Shown piece by piece: positions 54,541 to 64,000 of a DNA stretch of 64,000 nucleotides. Under the pieces are notes generated by a model, which saw only the letters and a list, made by a program, of their open reading frames with translations, ran no database searches and was not told the origin of the DNA. Origin of the DNA: Polyangia bacterium. GTDB taxonomy: Bacteria > Myxococcota_A > Polyangia > Palsa-1104. The stretch spans positions 85,357 through 149,356 of the forward strand of contig DATNAQ010000031.1 in assembly GCA_035607415.1 (NCBI GenBank), written 5' to 3'. The translations under genes were made by a program, and so were the position numbers. Every line of letters begins with the position of its first letter. Positions within the stretch are counted from its first letter, which is position 1.

Positions 54541-56210
54541 CGTTCGCGGGCCCGTTCGCGCTCGTCGCGTTCGCCGTCGCCGGGTGCGCGCATCCGCCGG
54601 CAGCGGGCACGAGCACGCCGGCGGCGCCACCTGTCGTCGAGTCGCCGCGCAAGCCGGCGGCGGCCGTCGCGCAGCCGACCGGCCCGCTGCACGACATCGT
54701 CATCCGCGGCGGCACCATCTACGACGGCACCGGCGCCCCGCCCTTCGTCGGCGACGTGGCCATCGACGGCGACGCCATCGCCGAGGTCGGCCCGCTCCTC
54801 CTCGGCAAGACGATCGTCGAGGCGCACGGCCTGGCCGTCGCGCCCGGCTTCGTGAACATGCTGTCGCACGCGCTCGAGTCGCTCGCCTTCGACGGGCGCG
54901 GCGAATCGGACCTGCGCCAGGGCGTGACGCTCGAGGTCTTCGGCGAGACCTCGCCGCATCCATTCGGTCGGAAGATGCAGGCGCTCGCCGACGCCGGCGT
55001 GGCGCTGAACTTCGCCGGCCTAGTGGCCACGTCGACGGCGCGCGCGCAGTCGATGTCGCTCAAGTCGCGCCATCCGTCGCCGGTCGAGGTCGAGCGCATG
55101 CGCGCGATCGTGGCGCAGGCGATGGACGAAGGCGCGCTCGGCCTGACCTCGGCGCTCATCTACACGCCCGACGAAGCCTTCACCACCGACGAGCTGGTCG
55201 CGCTCGCGTCGGTCGCGGCCGACAAGGGCGGCATCTACGCCGCGCACATGCGCAACGAAGGCGCGCGCCTGGGCGAAGCGATCGACGAGATGATCGCCAT
55301 CGGCCGCCGCGCCCACGTCCCCGTCGAGATCTACCACTTCAAGCAAGCCGGCAAGGCCAACTGGGAAAAGCTCGCCGACGCCGTCGCGCGCATCGAAGCG
55401 GCACGCAAGAGCGGCGTCGACATCGCCGCCGACATGTACACGTACGACGCCGCCTCGACGGGCCTCGACGCCGCCATGCCGCCGTGGGTGCGCGAAGGCG
55501 GCACCGACGCCTGGATCCGCCGGCTCAAAGATCCGGCGCAACGCGCGCGCTGCGCCCACGACATGGAAGACGCCGGCGCGACCTGGGAGAACTTCTTCGC
55601 CGGCGCCGGCCCCGACGGCATGCTGCTCACCATGTTCCACACGCGCGCGCTCCAGCCGCTCGTCGGCAAGACGCTCGCCGACGTGGCACGCGCCCGCGGC
55701 AAATCAGCCGCCGACACCGCGATGGACCTCGTCGTCGAGGACGGCTCGCGCGCGCAGGTCATCTATTTTCTGATGTCGGAAGACAACGTGCGCCGCGAGG
55801 TCGGCCTGCCGTGGATGTCGTTCGGCTCGGACTCCGACACGCGCGCCGTCGACACCGCCAAAGGATCGGTGCATCCGCGCGCCTACGGCAACGTCGCGCG
55901 CCTCCTCGGCCGCTACGTCCGCGACGAGCACGCCGCGCCGCTCGCCGACGCCATCCGCCGCCTGACCTCGTGGCCCGCGTCGCGGCTGCACCTCGATCGC
56001 CGCGGCACGCTCGCGCCCGGCAGCTTCGCCGACGTCGTCGTGTTCGATCCGGCCAAGGTCGCCGACCACGCCACCTACGAGAAGCCGCACGCCTACGCCA
56101 CCGGCGTCGTCGACGTGTTCGTCAACGGCGCGCCCGTGCTCGTCGACGGCGCGGTGACCGGGGCGCGCCCCGGCCGCTTCATTCGCCGGCGAGCACCTTC
56201 AGCACCATGA
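54480..56210 (+). CDS. N-acyl-D-amino-acid deacylase-like amidohydrolase (lipoprotein)
   Basis: D-aminoacylase layout: DIVIRGGTIYDGTG...VAIDGDAI...APGFVN, AAHMRNEG, and a C-terminal FADVVVFDP. The signal/lipobox LAFAGPFALVAFAVAGC has no start codon nearby. The closest in-frame start is GTG 54480, which lies 61 nt inside dapL, so the start is uncertain. Confidence 0.7.
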   Translation: MRGQGAAGRGGGAGPTRARLAFAGPFALVAFAVAGCAHPPAAGTSTPAAPPVVESPRKPAAAVAQPTGPLHDIVIRGGTIYDGTGAPPFVGDVAIDGDAIAEVGPLLLGKTIVEAHGLAVAPGFVNMLSHALESLAFDGRGESDLRQGVTLEVFGETSPHPFGRKMQALADAGVALNFAGLVATSTARAQSMSLKSRHPSPVEVERMRAIVAQAMDEGALGLTSALIYTPDEAFTTDELVALASVAADKGGIYAAHMRNEGARLGEAIDEMIAIGRRAHVPVEIYHFKQAGKANWEKLADAVARIEAARKSGVDIAADMYTYDAASTGLDAAMPPWVREGGTDAWIRRLKDPAQRARCAHDMEDAGATWENFFAGAGPDGMLLTMFHTRALQPLVGKTLADVARARGKSAADTAMDLVVEDGSRAQVIYFLMSEDNVRREVGLPWMSFGSDSDTRAVDTAKGSVHPRAYGNVARLLGRYVRDEHAAPLADAIRRLTSWPASRLHLDRRGTLAPGSFADVVVFDPAKVADHATYEKPHAYATGVVDVFVNGAPVLVDGAVTGARPGRFIRRRAPSAP

Positions 56211-56997
56211 TGCCCACCACGCCGACGAGCAGCCCGAACGTCGCGCGCCGCTCGTTGCCGTGGCTGTGCGACTCGGGAATGATCTCGTTGCAGGCGAGAT
56301 AGATCAGCGCGCCGGCGCCGACCGCGAGCATGAACGGCAGCGCGCCCGCCACGTGGCGCGCCAGATAGAACCCGGCGATCGCGGCCGCCGGCACCGACAT
56401 GCCGGTCGCCGTGACGATCGCGAGCAGCCGCGCGCGCCCGAGGCCGCCACGCTTGAGCGGCGCCGCCATGACCGCGCCTTCGATCGCGTTCTGCAGCCCG
56501 ACGGCGACCGCGAGCATCACGCCGAGCGGCACCGAGCGCGTGTCGGCGAAGCCGGCCCCGATGGCGAAGCCTTCGGGGATGCGATGCAGCGCCATGGCGC
56601 CCACGATCATCATGCCCTGGTGGCGCGCGCGATCGTCGACGGTGGCGTGATTGCAGTGCTCGTGCGCCTCGTGCTCGTGGCCGTGCAGGTGCTCCGAGTG
56701 GCCGCCGGCGTGCGCGTGCGGGATCGCGCGGTCCATGCCGAAGAGGAGCGCCACGCCGCCGGTGAAGCCGGCGAGCACGAGGGCGAACAGCGGCACATGC
56801 ACGGTACCGTCGACGCGCACACCGACGAGCGCTTCGGTCAGGAGGCCGAGCGTGGACGCGCCGAGCATGAGGCCGGCGCCGAGACCGAGCATGCTGTCGT
56901 AGGCGGCGCGCGACAGCTCGCGGCTGGCCAGGACCGGCAGCGCGCCGAGCGTGGTGGCGCAACCAACGGCGATCGCGACGGCCAAAAGATGCAACAT
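56179..56997 (-). CDS. ZIP-family divalent metal (zinc) transporter
   Basis: 8 TM segments, a His-rich cytoplasmic loop (HAHAGGHSEHLHGHEHEAHEH) and the conserved HRIPEGFAIG and LQNAIEG motifs. It overlaps the convergent deacylase gene by 32 nt. Confidence 0.85.
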   Translation of the reverse strand: MLHLLAVAIAVGCATTLGALPVLASRELSRAAYDSMLGLGAGLMLGASTLGLLTEALVGVRVDGTVHVPLFALVLAGFTGGVALLFGMDRAIPHAHAGGHSEHLHGHEHEAHEHCNHATVDDRARHQGMMIVGAMALHRIPEGFAIGAGFADTRSVPLGVMLAVAVGLQNAIEGAVMAAPLKRGGLGRARLLAIVTATGMSVPAAAIAGFYLARHVAGALPFMLAVGAGALIYLACNEIIPESHSHGNERRATFGLLVGVVGIMVLKVLAGE

Positions 56998-57037
56998 GGA
57001 ATGCGCATCCTACCGAGCCGCGTGATAACGTCAAAGC

Positions 57038-57541
57038 GTGCGGTACTTCATCGGCCTCGGCGCCAACGTGGGCGACCGGCTGACGAACCTACGTGAGGCG
57101 GTGCGGCTGCTCGAAGCGCTCGGCACCATCGTCGCCCGCTCGCGCGTCTTCGCCGCCGCCGCCGTCGGCGGGCCGCCGCAAGGGCCCTACCTGAACGCGG
57201 CCGTGGTGCTCGAGTCGGAGCTGGCCCCGCTCGACCTGCTCGCGCGCACGCAGGAGATCGAGAACGCGCTCGGGCGCGATCGCCCGAACGAGGTGCGCTG
57301 GGGCCCGCGCACGCTCGATCTCGACATCCTCATGTGCGGCGCGCGCGGCGAGATCATCGTCGACGAGCCGCTCTTGCGGCTGCCGCATCCGCGCATGAAG
57401 GAGCGCGGCTTCGCGCTGGCGCCGCTCGTCGAGCTCGACGCCACGCTGATGCATCCCGAGGTCGGGCGCCCGCTCAAAGCGCTCCTGTCGGCGGCGCACT
57501 CCGCCGGGCAGGCGTGGGCGCCGACCGGCGATACGCTGTAG
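57038..57541 (+). CDS. folK: 2-amino-4-hydroxy-6-hydroxymethyldihydropteridine pyrophosphokinase
   Basis: GTG start. Motifs: YFIGLGANVGDR, YLNAAV, RWGPRTLDLDIL, LPHPRMKERGFALAPL. Confidence 0.9.
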   Translation: MRYFIGLGANVGDRLTNLREAVRLLEALGTIVARSRVFAAAAVGGPPQGPYLNAAVVLESELAPLDLLARTQEIENALGRDRPNEVRWGPRTLDLDILMCGARGEIIVDEPLLRLPHPRMKERGFALAPLVELDATLMHPEVGRPLKALLSAAHSAGQAWAPTGDTL

Positions 57542-57550
57542 ACTCGACGC

Positions 57551-59245
57551 GTGCGGCTGACGCTGTCGGTTTCGGGCGCGACGCTGGCGGTCACGTTCGC
57601 CGGCGAGACCATGGCGCGCAAGCACACGCTGCCGTATGACGCGGCGGCGACGGCGGCCACGGCGCGCGAAATCGTGGAGGTGCTGGCGCGCGGCAATCGG
57701 GCGCGCACGCTGTCGGAGAAGAACCTCGAGGATCTGAAGCACCTCGGCGAGCGGCTGTGGCGCACGCTGGTGCCGTCGGAGTTGCACGCGGAGCTCGGGC
57801 GCGGCGACTCGCTGCAGCTCGAGCTCGACGAGGCGCTGGTGGCGGTGCCGTGGGAGCTGATGTTCGACGGCACGCAGTTCCTCTGCCGCCGCCTGTCGAT
57901 CGGGCGCATCGTGGCCACGCGGCAGCCGCGTCGCGGCGACGAGCGGCGCGCGGTGGGCACGCCCATCCGCGTGCTCGTGATGGCGGCCGACGCGAAGGGC
58001 GATCTGCCCGAGGTGCGCGCCGAGGGCGAAGCGATCATCGAGGAGCTGGAGAAGCACGCGACGGTGAAGGCGCGCCTGTCGACGGCGCCGGACCGCGCGT
58101 TCGCGCTGCGCTACTTGAAGGACTACGACGTCGTGCACTTCGCCGGGCACGCCGACTACGTGGCGGCGGCGCCGGGCGAGAGCGGCTGGACGCTCGCCGA
58201 CGGCAAGCTCACCGCCGACGAGATCGTGAAGCTCGGCGGCGGGCGGCCGATGCCGATGATCGTGGTCGGCAACGCCTGCCAGTCGGGGCACACGGCGGCG
58301 TGGGAGCCGAGCGGCGACACGACGCAGGTGTTCGGCCTGGCCAACGCGTTCCTGACGGCGGGCGTGCGCCACTACGTCGGCACGCAGTGGGAGATCGTCG
58401 ACGGGCAGTCGGCGCTCTTCGCCGCCGAGCTCTATCGCCATCTCACCGACGGCAAGGCGATCGGCGCGGCGGTGCGTCACGCGCGCGCGGCGGTGGTCGA
58501 GCGCGCCGGCGAGTCGGCGCTGGCGTGGGCGTCGTACGTGCTCTACGGCGATCCCGACGTGCGGCCGCTGCACCGGCCCGAGGCGAAGGAGAAGCTGTCG
58601 ATCCCATCGGGGCTCAAGATCGCGGCGCGCGCCTCCGCGCCGTGGAAGCGGCCGGCACAAACGGGCGCACGCGCGCTGCCGGGACAGGCCGCGGCGCAGG
58701 CGGCGGGCCGCGCCATCGACGACGTCGAGCGGCGCATGCCGGCCTGGCTGGCGGCGGCGCTCGGCGGATTGGCGGCGGGCCTCATCGGCGTGGCGATCGC
58801 GGCGTGGATGATGCATCGCAAGCCGGCGCCGCCGGCGGGGCGGCCGGCGCTCGACGGGCTGGCGGTGCTGGCCATCTCGCCCGGCGATCGTCCCGAGGAC
58901 GAGCGCCACGCGCGCGAGCTCGAGTGGTGCCTGCCGTCGGAGCTGACGAGCGATCACGTCAAGGTGGTGCCGCCGGAGCGGTTCATGACGCTGCAGGTGC
59001 AGACCAACGGCGCGTACGACAAAGAGAGCGCGCGACAGCTCGGGCTCGCCGTCGGTGCGCGCTGGGTGCTCTACGGCAACATCGCGCTCGGCACGGCCAA
59101 CCTGTTCGTGAGCGCGGTGCTCGACGATCACACCGTCTACGCCGACAGCTTCAGGCTCGGCGACACCAAGGCCGCGTGCACCGGCTTCGCCGCGCAGGCC
59201 GCGCGCCGACTGGCAACCGAGCCGCCGCCGGATCGGTCGCGGTAG
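57551..59245 (+). CDS. CHAT-domain (caspase-like) protein with TM segment and C-terminal TolB_N/LpoB-like extracytoplasmic domain
   Basis: The GTG lies 9 nt after the folK stop. The CHAT hallmarks are PWELMF, the His context VVHFAGHA and the Cys context IVVGNACQSG. A TM segment (WLAAALGGLAAGLIGVAIAAWMM) is followed by LAVLAISPG...ARWVLYGNIA.... Confidence 0.8.
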   Translation: MRLTLSVSGATLAVTFAGETMARKHTLPYDAAATAATAREIVEVLARGNRARTLSEKNLEDLKHLGERLWRTLVPSELHAELGRGDSLQLELDEALVAVPWELMFDGTQFLCRRLSIGRIVATRQPRRGDERRAVGTPIRVLVMAADAKGDLPEVRAEGEAIIEELEKHATVKARLSTAPDRAFALRYLKDYDVVHFAGHADYVAAAPGESGWTLADGKLTADEIVKLGGGRPMPMIVVGNACQSGHTAAWEPSGDTTQVFGLANAFLTAGVRHYVGTQWEIVDGQSALFAAELYRHLTDGKAIGAAVRHARAAVVERAGESALAWASYVLYGDPDVRPLHRPEAKEKLSIPSGLKIAARASAPWKRPAQTGARALPGQAAAQAAGRAIDDVERRMPAWLAAALGGLAAGLIGVAIAAWMMHRKPAPPAGRPALDGLAVLAISPGDRPEDERHARELEWCLPSELTSDHVKVVPPERFMTLQVQTNGAYDKESARQLGLAVGARWVLYGNIALGTANLFVSAVLDDHTVYADSFRLGDTKAACTGFAAQAARRLATEPPPDRSR

Positions 59246-59256
59246 CGGCGGCGATC

Positions 59257-59864
59257 CTAGAGCTTGTTCTCGCGGCGGTGCAGCATGCGATCGATGTTCT
59301 CGCGATGCCGCCACAGGATGAGCAGGAACATGACCACGCCGAGCACGAAGTAGGCGCGCGGCTCGTGCAGGAACCACAGCGACGGCAACAGCGACGCCGC
59401 GCCGAGCAGCGACCCGAGCGAGCCGAGCCGCGTGGCCGCGACCACGACCACGCACACCAGCGCCGCGATCCCGGCGCACGCCGGCGCCAGCGCGAGGAAC
59501 GCGCCCAGGCCGCAGGCGACGCCCTTGCCGCCGCGCCCCTTGAGCCACGGCGAGTAGATGTGGCCGCAGAAGGCGGCGAACGCGGTCACCGCCGCGAGCT
59601 CGCTGCCGAGCCGCAGCCACAGCGCCGCCGCCGTCGGCAGCCACGCCTTGGCCGTGTCGAGCAGCAGCACGAGGACGCCGCTCTTCCTGCCGAGCGCGCG
59701 CGCCGCGTTGGTGGCGCCGATGTTGCCGGAGCCGACCTTCTTCAGATCGACGCCGCGCGCGCGCGCCAGAAGCACGCCGAACGGAATCGAGCCGAGCAGG
59801 AACGCGCCGAGCACGATGCCGATGACCACCGGATCGCTGCCGCTTGGAATCACGTCGAGCAGCA

Positions 59865-59865
<1 letters not shown>
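59257..59865 (-). CDS. plsY: Glycerol-3-phosphate acyltransferase PlsY
   Basis: ATG at 59865 overlaps the dinG stop by 1 nt. Motifs: GSIPFG, GSGNIGATNA, GGKGVA. Confidence 0.9.
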
Positions 59866-61835
<1,970 letters not shown>

Positions 61836-62470
61836 CTACTTCTTTCGCGCCGCCTTCTCGTCGAGCCCGCTGGTGCCCGCGCGGCGATGCAGCTCGCGCG
61901 CGACGTCCTCGAGCGTCACGTCGCGCGCCGCCAGGCCGACCAGGGCGTGGAAGAACAGATCGGCCGCTTCGGCGATCACGCGCTCCTTCGATCCGCCCGG
62001 AATCTCGGCCGCCAATTCATTGGCCTCTTCGCCAATCTTTTGGCCGACCTTGTTTTGCTCGAGCAGCTGGCGGACGTACGACTTCGTGCCCGCGGGCGCG
62101 TTCTTGCGCGCCACGATCGTCTGGTACAGCGCCTCGAGCTCCGTCGGCGCCGGCTCGTGGCCGTCGGTGCCGAAGCAGGTCTGCGACCCGGTGTGGCAGG
62201 TCGGCCCCGCCGGCAGCGCGCGCACCAGCCACGCGTCGGCGTCGCAGTCGGCCTTGAGATCGACCAGCTTCAAGACGTTGCCCGACGATTCGCCCTTCTT
62301 CCACAGGCGCTGGCGCGAGCGCGACCAGAACCAGACCTCGCCGGTCTCGCGCGTCTTGGCCAACGCCTCGTCGTCCATGTAGCCGAGCATGAGCACGCGC
62401 CCGGTCAGCGCGTGCTGCACGACGGCCGCGGTCAGCTTGCGCGCCGCGCTCGCGTTCGCCTGCTCTTCGC

Positions 62471-62474
<4 letters not shown>
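61836..62474 (-). CDS. hisI: Bifunctional phosphoribosyl-AMP cyclohydrolase / phosphoribosyl-ATP pyrophosphatase
   Basis: The HisI part has [19 protein letters not shown] and DCDADA...CHTG. The HisE part has LYQTIVARK...SYVRQLL and [11 protein letters not shown]. The GTG start overlaps the hisF stop. Confidence 0.9.
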
Positions 62475-63253
<779 letters not shown>

Positions 63254-63326
63254 CGGCTGCGCCTCCGAGCGGCGCGGCCCCACGGGCCGCTCATTCGAAA
63301 CGATCGATACCGCTCGCTTCGCACGC

Positions 63327-64000
63327 TCATACGTGCCCCGCCGCTTCGAACGCCTCGCCGAGCGTGAACTTGTTCTCGTAGAGCGCGCGCCCGACGATCG
63401 CCTGCGGCACGCCCGCCCGCGCCAGCGCACGCAGATGCTCCAGCGACCCGATACCGCCCGACGCGATCACCGGCACCGGATGGAGCGCGCGCGCCAGCTC
63501 GGCCGTCGCCTCCACGTTCGGCCCCACGCCGGTGCCGTCGCGCGTGATGTCGGTGTACAAAATAGCCGCCGCGCCCCACTCGACGGCGCGCGCCGCCAGG
63601 TCGTTCGCCTCGATCTCGGTCTTCTCGCTCCACCCTTCGACCGCCACCTTGTCGCCGTGCGCATCGACGGCGACGACGACCGTCCCGGGAAACTCCTTGC
63701 ACAACGAGCGCACCAGCTCCGGCTGCTTGACCGCGCTCGTGCCGAGCACGATCGCCCGCGCGCCCGCGTCGTAGAGCGCGCAGGCCGTCGCCGCGTCGCG
63801 CACGCCACCACCGGCCTGCACCTCGGCGCCCGTGGCCGCGATCGCCGAGATCGTCGCGCGGTTGTCGCCGTCGCCGAACGCGGCGTCGAGATCGACGACG
63901 TGCACCAGCTTGGCCCCCGCCTGCACGAACGCGCGCGCGATCTCGTCGGGCGCGTTCGAGTACACCTTGGCCGACTCGCGCCTGCCCTTGTACAGGCGCA
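63327..64000 (-). CDS. hisA: Phosphoribosylformimino-5-aminoimidazole carboxamide ribotide isomerase (5' end outside window)
   Basis: Motifs: [34 protein letters not shown]. The reading frame continues upstream of the track ORF (..[13 protein letters not shown]) to the window edge. Confidence 0.88.
   Translation of the reverse strand, partial: RLYKGRRESAKVYSNAPDEIARAFVQAGAKLVHVVDLDAAFGDGDNRATISAIAATGAEVQAGGGVRDAATACALYDAGARAIVLGTSAVKQPELVRSLCKEFPGTVVVAVDAHGDKVAVEGWSEKTEIEANDLAARAVEWGAAAILYTDITRDGTGVGPNVEATAELARALHPVPVIASGGIGSLEHLRALARAGVPQAIVGRALYENKFTLGEAFEAAGHV

Overview
This is a very GC-rich window (about 70% G+C by eye, with strong third-position GC bias) and it is gene-dense. It looks chromosomal rather than mobile. 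Several hallmarks point to Myxococcota: a MYXO-CTERM-like sorting tail, a PEGA-domain kinase, FHA-sigma54 activators, a DUF4388/PatA-like protein and Cys-rich lipoproteins. I call 58 CDSs, the last one running off the window. I found no rRNA, tRNA, CRISPR array, transposase or integrase. Many ORFs in the six-frame track are Arg/Ala/Gly/Pro-rich shadow frames of real genes on the opposite strand or in another frame. Real starts are often internal GTG or TTG codons that overlap the upstream stop (ATGA, GTGA, TTGA, TGATG).

Gene content in order:
- a dtd / two FadL-type porins / lipoprotein operon
- an S8 protease
- a Cys-rich lipoprotein followed by two orphan ABC permeases
- an ECF sigma factor with two hydrolase-fold genes
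- PBP4
- a lower-GC methyltransferase plus an unknown gene
- an FHA-DUF4388 protein and a GH5 lipoprotein
- an acyl-CoA dehydrogenase / hydrolase / orphan ClpX operon
- a signalling cluster: pseudokinase-PEGA, DUF2059, FHA-sigma54 activator, active Ser/Thr kinase and a FliJ-like coiled coil
- a ten-gene complex I-type operon, followed directly by aguB-aguA, a UDG and a small catalase-like gene
- a degenerate histidine kinase, ClC channel, MetRS, GT-C glycosyltransferase and FHA-TPR protein
- FAH-dapL-D-aminoacylase, a ZIP transporter and folK-CHAT
- plsY-dinG-hisIE-hisF-hisA

The most unusual system is the nuo operon (29.9-40.8 kb). It lacks nuoB and nuoEFG. NuoI carries a C-terminal RnfB/CoFeSP-type [4Fe-4S] domain, and NuoH and NuoM each carry an N-terminal beta-sandwich extension predicted to be periplasmic. 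Other points worth a second look are several catalytically degenerate signalling or enzyme folds (pseudokinase, pseudo-histidine kinase, MBL fold without the metal motif), a transmembrane CHAT protease, an orphan ClpX with altered ClpP-docking and RKH loops, a probable ATT start codon, and several perfect tandem repeats.
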